Shown here: positions 7,705 through 20,219 of the stretch, one piece after another | Numbering within the stretch: the first letter of the stretch is position 1 | How the letters are laid out: each line of letters opens with the position of its first letter | Source of the DNA: Sphingomonadales bacterium Ga0077559 | GTDB taxonomy: Bacteria; Pseudomonadota; Alphaproteobacteria; Sphingomonadales; Sphingomonadaceae | NCBI GenBank assembly: GCA_001464315.1 | Contig: LNFK01000040.1 | Span: 32,607 to 96,606, forward strand | Direction of reading: 5' to 3' | Length of the DNA: 64,000 nucleotides | Translations under genes and position numbers: made by a program | The notes under the pieces: generated by a model | Databases searched by the model: none | What the model was told of the DNA's origin: nothing | What the model saw: the letters and a program-made list of their open reading frames with translations, nothing else

Positions 7705-9437
7705 TGACCATTCTCGCCGCCCGCACCACTACGCGCAAAAGCGGCCTCGGCACCCCGCCGTTCACCGCGCACGGTTATTGGCGGATGCTTGTTTTGCTGG
7801 CGGCTTTTGGTCTTTTCGTGTTGCTGTTGATCGGACGGCTGGCGACATTGGCGTTGTTCGAAAGCACCCGCGCTTATGGCGCGACCAATACCGAATATGT
7901 CCCGGACCGCGGCGACATCATCGACCGTAACGGCGTACCGCTGGCACGCAGCATTTACGGCTACGCCATTTGGGTAAACCCATCTGCTCTGTTGGGAAAT
8001 CGCAAGGAATTGGCGAGCCAGTTGGCGATGATTTTCCCAGATACCCCAGCGTCAGAATTTTATGCCAAGCTGACGTCCGACAAGGCAGGATATCTGCGCA
8101 AGCGCGCGCTGCCCGAACAAGTCCGCCAAGTGCACGATCTGGGTGAAATCGCTATCGAATTTCCGCGCGAGGCAACCCGGCTTTATCCGCAACATGATAT
8201 GGCAGCGCATGTCCTAGGCTTCGTCAACCGTGACGGTAAAGGCGCGATGGGGATGGAGCGGGTGATGAATGATCATCTGCGTGATCCGGCGAGGCGCGGA
8301 AAGCCACTCAACCTGTCGCTTGATGTCCGCGTGCAGGCAGCGCTGGAAAGCGAGCTTGCTTCCGGCATGACAGCAACCGGCGCGAAAGGCGCAGCTGGGG
8401 TTATCCTTGATGTCCAGACCGGCGAAGTTGTTGCAATGGCGACGTTACCGTCTTTCAATCCAAACCGCCCCGTCTTCGCCAATATTCCTGACCTTGGGCA
8501 GACTATCGTCGATGGTCGTTATCCGATTACTCGCCAAACGAATAACGTTACCAATCGCGTTTACGAATTGGGTTCAACGTTTAAGCCTTTGACCGTCGCG
8601 GCGGCACTTGACGCAGGCACGGTCCGTGACCTGTCGATCCGCTATGACGCGACCAAGCCACTTCAGGTGGGCCGGTTCAAAATCAGTGATACCCATCCGG
8701 CCGGCCGCTGGTTGAACACTCCCGAATCCCTTATCCACAGCTCAAACGTTGTGACCGCGCAGATTGCGGATAATCTCGGCGCAACGCGAATGGACGCGAT
8801 GCTTCGGACGATGCATTTCAACAGCCGTCCCGACATCGAACTCGCCGAAAAGGCGATGCCCCTGTACCCAAAAACCTGGGGCCGTTTGACCAACATGACG
8901 GTTGGATTTGGTCATGGCATCGCTGTAACGCCCTTGCATCTGGCGAGCGCTTATGCCGCCATGGTCAACGGCGGAATATATCGCCCGGCAACGATGTTCA
9001 AAACCAGGCCCGATGCGAAATTGCCCGGTAAGCGGGTCTTTACTGCAGCCACAAGCGCGCGGATGCGTCAATTGATGCGGATGATTGTCGTCGACGGTAC
9101 TGGCAAAAAGGCCGACGCCGAGGGTTATCGCGTGGGTGGCAAAACGGGATCTGCAGAAAAGCCCGGCGTTGGCGGTTATAGCCGCAATCTTGTTGTCGCG
9201 ACTTTTGCGGCGGCCTTTCCAATGGACAATCCACGCTATGTGGTGCTCGCGATGCTTGACGAACCAAAAGGCACCGAGGCTTCGAGCTTTCAACGGACCG
9301 CTGGCTATACTGCGGCACCGGTCGTCCAAAAAACAGTCACCCGCATCGGTCCATTGCTGGGAATTATTCCCGACATGAAGCGCGATGTTGATGTTTCCGA
9401 ACTGATGCCTCTATTGTGGAAGGCTAAGGGAGAATAG
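7704..9437 (+). CDS. ftsI: Penicillin-binding protein 3 (septal transpeptidase)
   Basis: RGDIIDRNG, SxxK motif (GSTFK), SSN, KTG motif (GGKTGSA). Confidence 0.95.
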   Translation: MTILAARTTTRKSGLGTPPFTAHGYWRMLVLLAAFGLFVLLLIGRLATLALFESTRAYGATNTEYVPDRGDIIDRNGVPLARSIYGYAIWVNPSALLGNRKELASQLAMIFPDTPASEFYAKLTSDKAGYLRKRALPEQVRQVHDLGEIAIEFPREATRLYPQHDMAAHVLGFVNRDGKGAMGMERVMNDHLRDPARRGKPLNLSLDVRVQAALESELASGMTATGAKGAAGVILDVQTGEVVAMATLPSFNPNRPVFANIPDLGQTIVDGRYPITRQTNNVTNRVYELGSTFKPLTVAAALDAGTVRDLSIRYDATKPLQVGRFKISDTHPAGRWLNTPESLIHSSNVVTAQIADNLGATRMDAMLRTMHFNSRPDIELAEKAMPLYPKTWGRLTNMTVGFGHGIAVTPLHLASAYAAMVNGGIYRPATMFKTRPDAKLPGKRVFTAATSARMRQLMRMIVVDGTGKKADAEGYRVGGKTGSAEKPGVGGYSRNLVVATFAAAFPMDNPRYVVLAMLDEPKGTEASSFQRTAGYTAAPVVQKTVTRIGPLLGIIPDMKRDVDVSELMPLLWKAKGE

Positions 9438-9439
9438 TA

Positions 9440-10867
9440 GTGAAGCTCGGGCAATTGGTAAGCGGTCTTGACGATTCTGCTGCCGAAAAAACAGTAACCG
9501 GCTTTGCCATCGACCACAGGAAAATTGCGCCCGGGACGGTTTTTGGGGCATTTCAGGGCGCAGCTTTCAATGGAGAAGATTTCATAGGCGATGCGATTGC
9601 CTCTGGTGCTATTGCCATCGTCGCTCGGCCCCAAGCGAACGTAACGGGCGCAGTTCATATCGAAGACGGCAATCCGCGCCGCGCTTTTGCCAATCTGGCC
9701 GCCAAATTCTTCCGGCCATTTCCCCAAGTCATCGCGGCAGTCACCGGCACCAATGGTAAGACGTCAACGGCCGAGCTCACACGTCAACTGTGGCGAATGG
9801 CAGGACACAACGCGGCTTCGATCGGCACCTTAGGAATCACCACCGCATCGGATCAGGCAAAAACGGGCCTGACTACGCCTGATATCGTGACATTCCTGTC
9901 GAACATGTCTGGTCTTGCACGCGAAGGCATCAGCCACGCGATTTTCGAGGCATCGAGCCATGGCCTGTCGCAATATCGCAGCGAAGGCGTGCCCGTTTCG
10001 ATTGCGGCCTTCACCAATCTCAGTCGCGACCATCTCGATTATCACGGATCGATGGAGGAATATTTCGAGGCGAAGATGCGACTGTTCGACGAAGTCGTTG
10101 ACGATAACGGTACCGCCGTTGTCTGGGCTGACGATGAATGGTCAGATAAGGCCATAGAGCGCGTTAAAAGGCGTGAAATCCGTTTGATTAGCGTGGGCGA
10201 AAAGGGAAGGGACATCCAACTCGTTTCCCGTCAGCCAACCCAACTCGGTCAAACTCTCGAGCTTCGCATTCAGGGCGACATTCATAAAGTTAAGCTCCCG
10301 CTGATAGGTGCATATCAGGTGGCAAATGTGCTGGTCGCTGCCGGAATTGTGATGGCAAGCGGCGGCGACGTCGAAGCGGTCTTGGGCCATATCGCTCGGC
10401 TTCAGCCGGTGCGCGGACGGCTAGAGCGGGCGGTCATCACCAAAAGCGGCGCGCCGGTATATGTAGATTATGCTCACACGCCCGATGGATTGAAAGCCGC
10501 TATTGCCGCGCTTCGCCCGCATACCAAGGGCAGGCTGATTACGGTTTTCGGTGCAGGCGGTGACCGCGACAAAGGCAAACGGCCCGAAATGGGCGCAATA
10601 GCCGTTGCCGACTCCGACATCGCGATTGTCACGGATGACAATCCGCGAAGCGAAGACCCGGCCCTGATCCGCGCCGATGTCATGGCAGGCGCCCCCGGCG
10701 CCCATGAAATTGGCGACCGGCGCTACGCCATTGCCTTTGCCATAGAACATGCCGAACCCGACGACATCGTGCTGATCGCGGGCAAAGGGCATGAACAAGG
10801 TCAGATTATCATGGGCCGCGTACTGCCCTTCGATGATGTCGAAGTCGCTCGGGAATGCGCCGCATGA
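9440..10867 (+). CDS. murE: UDP-MurNAc-tripeptide synthetase
   Basis: VTGTNGKTS, EASSHGL, DHLDYHG, DYAHTPD, DDNPR (meso-DAP specificity), AGKGHE. Confidence 0.97.
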   Translation: MKLGQLVSGLDDSAAEKTVTGFAIDHRKIAPGTVFGAFQGAAFNGEDFIGDAIASGAIAIVARPQANVTGAVHIEDGNPRRAFANLAAKFFRPFPQVIAAVTGTNGKTSTAELTRQLWRMAGHNAASIGTLGITTASDQAKTGLTTPDIVTFLSNMSGLAREGISHAIFEASSHGLSQYRSEGVPVSIAAFTNLSRDHLDYHGSMEEYFEAKMRLFDEVVDDNGTAVVWADDEWSDKAIERVKRREIRLISVGEKGRDIQLVSRQPTQLGQTLELRIQGDIHKVKLPLIGAYQVANVLVAAGIVMASGGDVEAVLGHIARLQPVRGRLERAVITKSGAPVYVDYAHTPDGLKAAIAALRPHTKGRLITVFGAGGDRDKGKRPEMGAIAVADSDIAIVTDDNPRSEDPALIRADVMAGAPGAHEIGDRRYAIAFAIEHAEPDDIVLIAGKGHEQGQIIMGRVLPFDDVEVARECAA

Positions 10868-12249
10868 CCCCGCTGTGGACCCATGCCGAGTTAATCGCTG
10901 CTACAGGCGGACAGGCAATGGGCGAATTTGACGCAAATGGCGTCGCATTCGACTCGCGCGAAATTGGCAAAGGCGATCTGTTCTTCGCCATGAAAGGCGA
11001 GACGACCGACGGGCATTTGTTTATCAACAGGGCTTTTGCCAATGGTGCCGCCGGTGCCATCGTTAGCGAACCTGTTGCCCACCCCCATATATTGGTCGAC
11101 GACACATTTGCTGCGCTGAACGCGCTTGGCATTGCTTCGCGTGACCGCATGCAGGGCAAGGTCATTGGCGTTACCGGATCGGCAGGCAAAACGGGAACCA
11201 AAGAAGCGCTTTATGCTGCTCTCGATCGATCGTCGCGCGGAAAAGCCCATCGGTCGGTTAAAAGCTATAACAATCATGTCGGCGTGCCACTCAGCCTTGC
11301 GCGGATGTCCCGCAATACGCAATTCGGCGTGTTCGAAATGGGTATGAACCATGCCGGCGAACTGCGCGAACTGACAAAACTCGTTCGCCCGCACGCTGCC
11401 ATTATCACCACGATTGCCCCCGCACATATCGAATTTTTCAACGACGAAAGCGAGATTGCCGACGCCAAAGCAGAGATTTTTGAAGGCCTGCTGCCAGGTG
11501 GAGCAGCCATTATTCCTGCCGATAACGCCCATTATCGCCGCCTGCGCGATGCTGCTGCAAAATATACCGACAACATCGTCAGTTTCGGATTTTCCTCCAG
11601 CGCCGATGTTCGCGTTCTTGATCATGTTGGCGCGGTGGGGGGCGGATCGCTGGTTACGGCAAAGCTGCCCAGCGGCTCTTTATGCTACACCCTGTCGCAA
11701 TCGGGCGAGCATTGGATTGCCAATTCGCTTGCTGTCTTAGCTGCTGTCGAAGCCGTCGGAGGCGATTTGGCCTCGGCAGGGCTTGCACTGGCGGAACTGG
11801 GCGGACTTGCCGGCCGCGGTGCACGCCATGAGATTGCTGTGGGTGACGGTAATGCGTTGCTGCTCGACGAAAGCTATAACGCAAACCCTGCGTCGATGGT
11901 GGCCACATTGGCTGAACTAGGCAAATTTCCTGGGCGGAAGGTCGCAGTTCTCGGCACGATGAAGGAATTGGGGCAAAAGAGCGATGAATATCATCTCGGT
12001 CTTGCCGCTCCGCTGGCGGCGGCTAAAATCGATTATGCGATATTTGTCGGCGAAGGGATGCAAATTCTCGTCAAAGAGTTGAGAGCAGGGGTTGAGGGGC
12101 CAGCCGATTTCGCCCATTGCGCCACCGCAAGCGAGGCGCTCGAACGCCTCAAAAGCAATTTACGTGAAAATGACACGATTTTGGTCAAGGGCTCCAATTC
12201 CATGGGGCTTTCGGCTATCGTTGATGTCTTGGTGGGTGGGAAAGCCTGA
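10864..12249 (+). CDS. murF: UDP-MurNAc-pentapeptide synthetase
   Basis: [44 protein letters not shown]. Confidence 0.97.
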   Translation: MTPLWTHAELIAATGGQAMGEFDANGVAFDSREIGKGDLFFAMKGETTDGHLFINRAFANGAAGAIVSEPVAHPHILVDDTFAALNALGIASRDRMQGKVIGVTGSAGKTGTKEALYAALDRSSRGKAHRSVKSYNNHVGVPLSLARMSRNTQFGVFEMGMNHAGELRELTKLVRPHAAIITTIAPAHIEFFNDESEIADAKAEIFEGLLPGGAAIIPADNAHYRRLRDAAAKYTDNIVSFGFSSSADVRVLDHVGAVGGGSLVTAKLPSGSLCYTLSQSGEHWIANSLAVLAAVEAVGGDLASAGLALAELGGLAGRGARHEIAVGDGNALLLDESYNANPASMVATLAELGKFPGRKVAVLGTMKELGQKSDEYHLGLAAPLAAAKIDYAIFVGEGMQILVKELRAGVEGPADFAHCATASEALERLKSNLRENDTILVKGSNSMGLSAIVDVLVGGKA

Positions 12250-13319
12250 TGCTATATTTACTGGCGGAGTATCTGGGTTTTCCGGGCGGGTTAAACCTCA
12301 TCCGCTATTTAAGCTTCCGGTCCGGTGCTGCGGTTGCAACGGCGCTGGTCATTGGACTGCTGATCGGCCCCAAATTCATCGGGATGTTACGAGTGCGACA
12401 GGGCAAGGGGCAACCGATCCGTAGCGATGGCCCGCAATCGCATCTAGCCAAAGTTGGTACGCCGACAATGGGTGGGCTAATGATCCTGATCGCGGTTTCG
12501 GTGTCGATGCTGGTGTGGATGGACCTTACTAATATTTACGTCTGGGCCTGTCTGCTCGTTATGGGCGGCTTTGGTTTGGTCGGTTTCATGGACGATTATG
12601 ACAAGGTCAAAAAGCGGAGCCACAAGGGCGTGTCGGGCAAACTCCGACTGCTTATGGAGTTCGCAATCGCCGGTGTTGCGGTATCGCTTATCGTGTCGCA
12701 ATCGGGCGGTATGCTGTACCTGCCGTTCGTCAACGGGCCGGTTGTCGATCTAGGCTGGTGGTATGTGCCATTTGGCGCTTTCGTCATCGTGTCATTCGGC
12801 AACGCGGTCAATCTGACTGATGGCCTCGATGGCCTCGCGACAATGCCGGTCATCATCGCATCGATAGCGTTCATGCTGATTGTTTATATGGTCGGCAACG
12901 CCAAATATGCTGAATATCTTGGTATTCCATTCTATCTGGGTGCAGGCGATCTCGCAATGCTGTGCGGCGCAATTGTTGGCGCAGGTTTGGCTTTCCTTTG
13001 GTTCAACGCTCCACCTGCCGCGGTGTTCATGGGCGACACCGGCAGCTTGGCATTAGGTGGAACGCTTGGTGCGATTGCTGTTGTCGCCCATCATGAATTT
13101 GTACTCGCGATTATCGGCGGATTGTTTGTGGTCGAGGCGTTGTCGGTGATCATTCAGGTTTTCTGGTTCAAGCGAACAGGCAGGCGGATTTTCCGTATGG
13201 CACCAATCCACCATCATTTCGAACAATTGGGCTGGTCTGAGCCAACCGTCGTTATCCGGTTTTGGATTGTTGCGTTCGTTCTGGCTTTGGCAGGTCTATC
13301 GACCCTTAAGCTTAGATGA
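12249..13319 (+). CDS. mraY: Phospho-MurNAc-pentapeptide translocase
   Basis: [37 protein letters not shown]. Confidence 0.98.
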   Translation: MLYLLAEYLGFPGGLNLIRYLSFRSGAAVATALVIGLLIGPKFIGMLRVRQGKGQPIRSDGPQSHLAKVGTPTMGGLMILIAVSVSMLVWMDLTNIYVWACLLVMGGFGLVGFMDDYDKVKKRSHKGVSGKLRLLMEFAIAGVAVSLIVSQSGGMLYLPFVNGPVVDLGWWYVPFGAFVIVSFGNAVNLTDGLDGLATMPVIIASIAFMLIVYMVGNAKYAEYLGIPFYLGAGDLAMLCGAIVGAGLAFLWFNAPPAAVFMGDTGSLALGGTLGAIAVVAHHEFVLAIIGGLFVVEALSVIIQVFWFKRTGRRIFRMAPIHHHFEQLGWSEPTVVIRFWIVAFVLALAGLSTLKLR

Positions 13320-14605
13320 TCACAAGCCCGGCCTTTAAGAACCGCAAATTCGCCCTGCTGGGTCTGGCGCGCTCGGGCTTGTCCTCTGCACGGTCCTTGG
13401 CGGCTGGCGGCGCCCATTTGCTGGCCTGGGACAATGATGAAAGCGCACGCGCCAAAGTGGCCGATATCGCGACCATCGCCGATCCGCTGGATGCGGACTT
13501 GTCGGGCTATGACGGAATTATCGTTTCACCCGGTGTGCCGATTAACCGGCACCCGATTGCCGATAAAGCCAAGGCGGAAGGCATTCCGCTGCTCGGTGAT
13601 ATCGAATTATTCTCAATGGCGCGGGCCGACCTTCCCCCGCATCGGGTGATCGGGATTACAGGCACCAACGGCAAATCGACGACGACGGCGTTGGTTCATC
13701 ACCTTCTAAAAAGCGCGGCTTTACCGGCGCGAATGGCGGGCAATATTGGTATGCCGATATTGTCTCAGCCACCGCTCCCAGCAGGAGGGGTCTATGTCAT
13801 CGAATTGTCGAGTTACCAGATCGACATCACGCACAGTCTTGCTTGCGAGGCTGCGGCGCTAATAAATCTCGCACCCGACCATCTCGACCGGTACGACGAT
13901 TACAATGCCTATAAGGCCTCGAAAGCGCGGCTGTTCGATATGCAAACCGCAAAACAGCATTCAGTATTCGGCAAAGGCGATGACGATACCTATGGGATTT
14001 ACGGCAATGTGCTGGCGAGGCGCGGTTCCGCCGTTGTCCACCTCGCTGATCCCGCACTCGTTATCGGCCAGAGCGATTGGCCGTCGTTACAAGGTCCGCA
14101 TAATTTGCAGAATGTTGCTGTCGCCATTAAACTGGTCGAAGCACTGGGAATTACTGAGGCGCAATGGCGTCCGGCCTTGCGCAGTTTCAAGGGACTGGCG
14201 CACCGGATGGAAATCGTCGCCGAACGTAACGGCGTGTTGTTCGTCAATGACAGCAAAGCGACCAATCCGGCATCGACGGCGCCCGCTTTAGCAGCTTATC
14301 CGCGTGTGCACTGGATTGTCGGCGGCTTGCCAAAAGGCGATGACCTCGACGAATGCGTGCCAAATTTCGGGCATGTGGTCAAAGCGTATACGATTGGTGA
14401 GGCGGGGCCGTTGTTCACCCGGTTGCTGTCTCCGCATATGCCGGTCGAAAGCAGCGAGATGATGGGGGCCGCGGTGCATTCTGCGGCATCGCAAGCAAAG
14501 CCCGGGGATGTCATCATGCTCTCGCCTGCCTGCGCCTCGTTCGACCAGTTTAAGGATTTCGAAGCACGCGGAGATGCGTTCAAGGCGATTGTCGCAGCGT
14601 TATGA
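13316..14605 (+). CDS. murD: UDP-MurNAc-L-Ala:D-Glu ligase
   Basis: [41 protein letters not shown]. Confidence 0.97.
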   Translation: MITSPAFKNRKFALLGLARSGLSSARSLAAGGAHLLAWDNDESARAKVADIATIADPLDADLSGYDGIIVSPGVPINRHPIADKAKAEGIPLLGDIELFSMARADLPPHRVIGITGTNGKSTTTALVHHLLKSAALPARMAGNIGMPILSQPPLPAGGVYVIELSSYQIDITHSLACEAAALINLAPDHLDRYDDYNAYKASKARLFDMQTAKQHSVFGKGDDDTYGIYGNVLARRGSAVVHLADPALVIGQSDWPSLQGPHNLQNVAVAIKLVEALGITEAQWRPALRSFKGLAHRMEIVAERNGVLFVNDSKATNPASTAPALAAYPRVHWIVGGLPKGDDLDECVPNFGHVVKAYTIGEAGPLFTRLLSPHMPVESSEMMGAAVHSAASQAKPGDVIMLSPACASFDQFKDFEARGDAFKAIVAAL

Positions 14606-15825
14606 ACGGCGATCGCAATCAGGTGCCCTGGGTGCTGGCGGCCAAGACCGGCAAGATCGGTTTTGCCAACCGCCTCGGCCGTGGCGATCGCTCTCCGCTG
14701 GGCGTATGGTTCTGGGAACTCGACCGCGTATTGCTGGCCTTGATGCTGGTGCTTATCGCCATCGGTCTGTTGGCGGTGGCGGCAGGTTCGCCGGCCGGGG
14801 CGCAGCGTCTATCGTCGGCTACTGTCCAACTCAATCCGCTCTATTTTTTCTACCGGCAACTGTTGTGGGTCATTGTCGGTGTGCCGCTGATGCTGGTCGT
14901 GTCGATGTACCCTAGAGAACAGGCACGGCGTTTTGCCGTGGTTGGGTTTTGCATTTTCTTCGCTTTGCTGGCGCTGGTGCCATTGATCGGCCGCGAGGTG
15001 AATGGATCGCAGCGCTGGATTGGGGCGGGCTTTGCTGGCTTGCAACCATCCGAATTCCTTAAGCCATTTTTCGCGGTAACGATGGCGTGGATCATTAGCT
15101 GGCGATTGAAAGATACAACGCTGCCTGTCCGTCTGATCAGTAGCTTCGTCACCGGTTTGGTGTGCCTGTTCCTGATGGCACAGCCCGATTTGGGGCAGAC
15201 AATATTGTTCGCTGGGACCTGGTTCGCATTGATGATGGTGTCGGGGGTCCCTGCCTCGCGCCTTTGGGCTATGGTAATTGGCGGAGCGGTCGGGCTTGTA
15301 TTGGCTTATAACTTTTATCCTGTCGCGACCCAGCGCATTGATGCATGGATATTCGGTACCGAAGGCCTCACCCACGACAAGATGGCGATGGCGACGCTTA
15401 CCAGTGGCGGGTTCATTGGGGTGGGGCCAGGGCTTGGCACGAAGAAATATTCGCTACCTGAAGGACATACCGATTACATCTTTTCGGTGATTGGCGAAGA
15501 ATTCGGCCTGTTGGCGTGCATGGTAATTGCAATCCTTTATTTTGCGATCCTGTTGCGGATCATTATCCGTTTGTTGGACGAAAAAGACCAGTTTGTCGTC
15601 TTGGCCGTCACCGGGCTTGGAGCGCAATTTTGCGGGCAGGCGATGATCAACATGGCGGTGAACTTGGGCGTCTTTCCATCGAAAGGTATGACCCTGCCAT
15701 TCATCAGCTATGGCGGATCATCGACACTGGCGCTGTCGATTACTTGCGGTCTCATCCTGGCACTGACCAAGCGCAACCCTTATCTTGACCGCTCGGCCTA
15801 TATGGTGAAGGGACAAATGCCATGA
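14602..15825 (+). CDS. ftsW: SEDS peptidoglycan polymerase FtsW
   Basis: VNGSQRWI, QPSEFLK, QPDLG, HTDYIFSVIGEEFG, LPFISYGGSS. Confidence 0.96.
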   Translation: MNGDRNQVPWVLAAKTGKIGFANRLGRGDRSPLGVWFWELDRVLLALMLVLIAIGLLAVAAGSPAGAQRLSSATVQLNPLYFFYRQLLWVIVGVPLMLVVSMYPREQARRFAVVGFCIFFALLALVPLIGREVNGSQRWIGAGFAGLQPSEFLKPFFAVTMAWIISWRLKDTTLPVRLISSFVTGLVCLFLMAQPDLGQTILFAGTWFALMMVSGVPASRLWAMVIGGAVGLVLAYNFYPVATQRIDAWIFGTEGLTHDKMAMATLTSGGFIGVGPGLGTKKYSLPEGHTDYIFSVIGEEFGLLACMVIAILYFAILLRIIIRLLDEKDQFVVLAVTGLGAQFCGQAMINMAVNLGVFPSKGMTLPFISYGGSSTLALSITCGLILALTKRNPYLDRSAYMVKGQMP

Positions 15826-17003
15826 CTATTTCGAGGCATTACGTCCTGGCCGCTGGCGGCACCGGCGGGCATCTGATTCCAGCGTTCGCTTTGGGGCAGG
15901 AATTGCTCCATCGCGGACATCATGTGGCGCTGATAACCGATGAGCGCGGGGCGAAAATTCCTGGATGTCCGGAAAAGATTGCAACGCACATGTTGCCTGC
16001 CGGACGCATCACCAAAAATCCGAAGAGCTGGTTGCCTGGTGTGAAAGCGATTGCCGAAGGCCGGTTGATGGCACGCCGACTTTACGGCAGCTTTGGTCCA
16101 AGTGCGGTCGTTGGCTTTGGTGGCTATCCGGCATTTCCTGCTTTGCTGGGGGCTTTCGCCGAGGACATCCCAACTATTATCCATGAACAGAACGCGGTGC
16201 TGGGCCGAGTTAACCGTTTCACCGCCCGTCAGGTAAACGCTATTGCTACCGCCTATCCCGATATATTGCGCCTGTCGCTGCGGTATAAGAAAAAGGTACA
16301 CTTGCTCGGGAATCCAGTGCGCGAAGAGGTGCTAGCTCTGCGCGATCAGCCTTATCCGCCGCTTTCCGAAGAGGGCATCTTCAGAGTATTGGTAACAGGC
16401 GGCAGCCAGGGCGCAACGATATTGTCTGATGTCGTTCCCGATGGCCTATCAAGGCTCCCGCTCAATTTGCGCCGACGCTTGCAGGTGACGCAGCAATGCC
16501 GTGCCGAAGATATCGAAAAAGTTCGTGCGGCTTATGCGCAGCACGATATTCCCGCAGAGCTCGCAACCTATTTGCCCGATTTGCCCGAGCGCCTTGGTTG
16601 GGCGCATCTGGTGATTTCGCGCGCCGGGGCATCGACAATCGCCGAACTGACCTGCGCAGGACGCCCTGCAATATTGGTACCGCTGCCGAGTGCCACCGAT
16701 AATCATCAAAGCTATAATGTGAAGGAAATGGTTCATGCAGGCGGCGCACGCGCTATTGCGCAGGCAAGCTTCACGCCGGTCGAGCTTGCCAAGCAGATTC
16801 AGAAGATTGCCTTGGAACCTGGCGCACTAGAAAATGCCGCTGGTTGCGCCAAAAAATGCGGACGCCCCAACGCCGTCGCCGACCTGGCGGACCTGGTGGA
16901 ATCCTTCGGCAAAGCACCAATCATGCATACCATTAGACCTAAAGCCGAAAACGCCGCAGCCTTCGGCGCATCACCAGCGCTAGCCAAGGACGCAATAACA
17001 TGA
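15822..17003 (+). CDS. murG: Lipid I GlcNAc transferase
   Basis: [37 protein letters not shown]. Confidence 0.97.
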   Translation: MTISRHYVLAAGGTGGHLIPAFALGQELLHRGHHVALITDERGAKIPGCPEKIATHMLPAGRITKNPKSWLPGVKAIAEGRLMARRLYGSFGPSAVVGFGGYPAFPALLGAFAEDIPTIIHEQNAVLGRVNRFTARQVNAIATAYPDILRLSLRYKKKVHLLGNPVREEVLALRDQPYPPLSEEGIFRVLVTGGSQGATILSDVVPDGLSRLPLNLRRRLQVTQQCRAEDIEKVRAAYAQHDIPAELATYLPDLPERLGWAHLVISRAGASTIAELTCAGRPAILVPLPSATDNHQSYNVKEMVHAGGARAIAQASFTPVELAKQIQKIALEPGALENAAGCAKKCGRPNAVADLADLVESFGKAPIMHTIRPKAENAAAFGASPALAKDAIT

Positions 17004-18406
17004 AGGGCGTCCCGACAGATATCGGCACCGTGCATTTCGTGGGCATCGGCGGCATCGGCATGTCCGGCATTGCCGAGGTCATGCACAATCTGGGCTATAC
17101 GGTGCAGGGCAGCGATATTGCCGACAGCTACGTCATCGACGGCCTGCGCAAACGCGGCATCAAAGTCATGATCGGCCATGACGCCAATAATCTGGGCGAT
17201 GCGACGGTGGTAGTGACCTCGACTGCGGTCAAGGCGGGGAATCCAGAGCGCGATGCTGCGCTTGAACGGCGCATTCCGCTGGTCAGACGCGCAGAGATGC
17301 TGGCTGAACTCATGCGCCTAAAGAACACTGTCGCCGTAGCTGGCACGCATGGCAAGACCACGACTACTTCGCTGATTGCTGCGATGCTCGACCACGGCGG
17401 GATCGACCCGACAGTGATCAACGGCGGTATTATCAATAGCTATGGTTCGAACGCACGATTGGGGGCCAGCGACTGGATGGTGGTCGAAGCCGACGAAAGC
17501 GATGGCAGTTTTCTAAGGCTCGACGGTACATTGGCCGTCGTTACCAACATCGATCCCGAACATCTGGACCATTATGGCGACTTTGACGCGATCAAGGAGG
17601 CATTTGTCGAATTCGTCGAAAATGTGCCTTTTTATGGCGCGGCGATCATGTGTCTCGATCATCCCGAGGTGCAGGCGATCCTGCCAAAGATCCGCGACCG
17701 GCGGATTATTACTTATGGGTTTTCAGCGCAGGCCGATATTCGCGGCGAGAATGTAACGCCATTTCCCGGTGGCAACCGCTTTGATGTTGTCGTTCGGTCG
17801 CGCGACGGTTCGCAGCGAATGATCGATGGGATAGTCCTGCCAATGCCGGGTCGGCACAATGTCCAGAACGCGCTTGCCGCAATCGCAGTTGGCCTCGAAA
17901 TGGGCATGACCGACGAGTCGGTTGCGCATGGCTTCGACAAGTTTGGCGGCGTAAAACGGCGCTTTACCAAAGTAGGTGAAGTCGATGGTGCGACTATCAT
18001 CGACGATTACGGCCATCATCCCGTCGAAATCCGCGCTGTCCTTTCGGCAGCCCGCGAGGGTGCGCAAGGCCGCGTGATTGCCATCGCGCAACCCCATCGA
18101 TTCACGCGATTGCGCGATCATATGGATGATTTCCAGCAGGCCTTTAACGATGCCGATATAGTCTTCATCTCGCCAGTCTATGCGGCTGGCGAAGCGCCGA
18201 TAGAAGGCGTCGACTCTGAGGCTTTGGTAAGGGGCATCAAAGCGCGCGGCCACCGTTCGGCGGCTACCGTCGCCGACGCCGATGATCTTGCGGCTAAACT
18301 GGCCGAGGCCGTTAAAGATAATGATATGGTCGTTTGCCTTGGCGCAGGTGACATAACCAAATGGGCCGCCGGTCTTGCCGATGCGATCAAGGCAAAGCGG
18401 TCATGA
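17000..18406 (+). CDS. murC: UDP-MurNAc:L-Ala ligase
   Basis: [42 protein letters not shown]. Confidence 0.98.
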   Translation: MKGVPTDIGTVHFVGIGGIGMSGIAEVMHNLGYTVQGSDIADSYVIDGLRKRGIKVMIGHDANNLGDATVVVTSTAVKAGNPERDAALERRIPLVRRAEMLAELMRLKNTVAVAGTHGKTTTTSLIAAMLDHGGIDPTVINGGIINSYGSNARLGASDWMVVEADESDGSFLRLDGTLAVVTNIDPEHLDHYGDFDAIKEAFVEFVENVPFYGAAIMCLDHPEVQAILPKIRDRRIITYGFSAQADIRGENVTPFPGGNRFDVVVRSRDGSQRMIDGIVLPMPGRHNVQNALAAIAVGLEMGMTDESVAHGFDKFGGVKRRFTKVGEVDGATIIDDYGHHPVEIRAVLSAAREGAQGRVIAIAQPHRFTRLRDHMDDFQQAFNDADIVFISPVYAAGEAPIEGVDSEALVRGIKARGHRSAATVADADDLAAKLAEAVKDNDMVVCLGAGDITKWAAGLADAIKAKRS

Positions 18407-19299
18407 GCGTTGCGACCCTACCCAAGATTGAGGGCAAACTCACCGCCAACGCGCCGCTCGCGCCGTTGGTTTGGTTCAAGTCGGGCGGACATGCCGAATA
18501 TTTGTTCGAGCCGAAAGATGCCTCCGACCTTCAGGGATTTTTGCATGGTCTGGACGAAGACATACCGGTTATGGCGCTTGGCCTGGGGTCGAACTTGATT
18601 GTCCGCGATGGCGGCGTTCCCGGTGTCGTCGTCCGTCTCGGCAAGGCCTTCGCAAAAGTTGAAAAGTTGGACGAATTGACGCTCGACTGCGGCGCAGGAG
18701 CTTCGGGCATATTGGTGTCGTCGACTGCGCGCGACAATGGCATTGCTGGTTTGGAATTCCTGCGATCTATACCCGGTACCGTAGGAGGGTTTGTCCGTAT
18801 GAACGGGGGTGCTTATGGCGGCGAAGTCAAGGACATACTGGTCGACTGCGATGTGGTAATGCGCAGTGGCGAACTTGTTACGCTGTCAGTCGAAGAACTA
18901 CACTACAGCTACCGACATTCCGAATTTCCCGATGGCGCAATCGTCGTAGCTGCACGTTTCAGGGGAAAAATCGGAGAACCTGAGTCCATTCAGGCCGAGA
19001 TGGACCGGATCGCCGCTTCACGTGAAGCCTCTCAGCCATTACGTTCGAAAACCGGTGGCTCGACGTTTAAAAACCCCGATGGCCAAAAGGCATGGCAATT
19101 AGTCGATGAAGCTGGTTGCCGCGGTTTCCAAATCGGCGGCGCGCAGGTTTCGGAAAAGCACACCAATTTTCTAATCAATACAGGCGATGCAACTAGCGCC
19201 GATATCGAAGCCTTGGGCGAAGAAGTCCGTCGCCGAGTATTGGTCAAGTCCGGCGTGGACCTGCACTGGGAAATTCAGCGCGTGGGGAAGCCTGTATGA
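18403..19299 (+). CDS. murB: UDP-N-acetylenolpyruvoylglucosamine reductase
   Basis: [38 protein letters not shown]. Confidence 0.97.
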   Translation: MSVATLPKIEGKLTANAPLAPLVWFKSGGHAEYLFEPKDASDLQGFLHGLDEDIPVMALGLGSNLIVRDGGVPGVVVRLGKAFAKVEKLDELTLDCGAGASGILVSSTARDNGIAGLEFLRSIPGTVGGFVRMNGGAYGGEVKDILVDCDVVMRSGELVTLSVEELHYSYRHSEFPDGAIVVAARFRGKIGEPESIQAEMDRIAASREASQPLRSKTGGSTFKNPDGQKAWQLVDEAGCRGFQIGGAQVSEKHTNFLINTGDATSADIEALGEEVRRRVLVKSGVDLHWEIQRVGKPV

Positions 19300-20219
19300 G
19301 CGAGCAAATCCATGTAGCCGTCCTTATGGGCGGCTGGTCTAACGAACGACCGGTGTCGCTGATGAGCGGCAATGGCGTTGCCGATGCGCTGGAAAAGCTC
19401 GGTTACAAAGTCAGCCGCGTCGATATGGATCGCAATGTCGCACAAGTTCTGGCTGCACTGCGTCCCGATGTGGTGTTCAATGCGTTGCATGGCGTACCCG
19501 GCGAAGATGGGTCGGTGCAGGGCATGCTCGACCTGATGGGTATCAAATATACACATAGCGGGATGGTGACTTCGGTGATCGCGATCGACAAGGAGTTGAC
19601 CAAACAGCGGTTGGTGCCTGCTGGCATTCCCATGCCGAAGGGCACCATTGTCGAAAGCAAAAGCCTGTTCGCAGCCGACCCACTACCGCGCCCATATGTT
19701 CTGAAGCCCATAAATGAAGGTAGCTCGGTCGGCGTTGCTATTATCAAGACCGACAGTAATTATGGCAACCCGATTTCGCGTGAGGCCAAAGGGCCTTGGC
19801 AGGAATTTGATACTTTGCTTGCCGAACCCTTCATCAAGGGCCGCGAACTGACCGTAGCGGTCTTGAGCGATAAGGCGCTGGCGGTGACCGAGCTAAAACC
19901 TAAAAGTGGCTTCTATGATTATGACGCGAAATATACTGACGGCCTTACCGAACATATATGTCCGGCTGAAATCCCAGCTGATATTGAAGCATTCATGCTC
20001 GAAACCGCACTTAGAGCGCATCAATTGCTTGGCTGTAAAGGCGCGTCGCGCACCGATTACCGTTGGGATGATGAACAGGGGATCGACGGCATTTTCGTTC
20101 TCGAAACCAATACCCAGCCAGGCATGACTCCGCTCAGTCTCGTGCCGGAACAAGCCAGATATGTCGGCATCAGCTACGAACAATTGGTACACATCATTGT
20201 CAAAGAGGCGCTAGCATAA
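19296..20219 (+). CDS. ddl: D-alanine--D-alanine ligase
   Basis: GGWSNER, LHGVPGEDG, EGSSVG, YDYDAKY, ETNTQPGMT. Confidence 0.97.
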   Translation: MSEQIHVAVLMGGWSNERPVSLMSGNGVADALEKLGYKVSRVDMDRNVAQVLAALRPDVVFNALHGVPGEDGSVQGMLDLMGIKYTHSGMVTSVIAIDKELTKQRLVPAGIPMPKGTIVESKSLFAADPLPRPYVLKPINEGSSVGVAIIKTDSNYGNPISREAKGPWQEFDTLLAEPFIKGRELTVAVLSDKALAVTELKPKSGFYDYDAKYTDGLTEHICPAEIPADIEAFMLETALRAHQLLGCKGASRTDYRWDDEQGIDGIFVLETNTQPGMTPLSLVPEQARYVGISYEQLVHIIVKEALA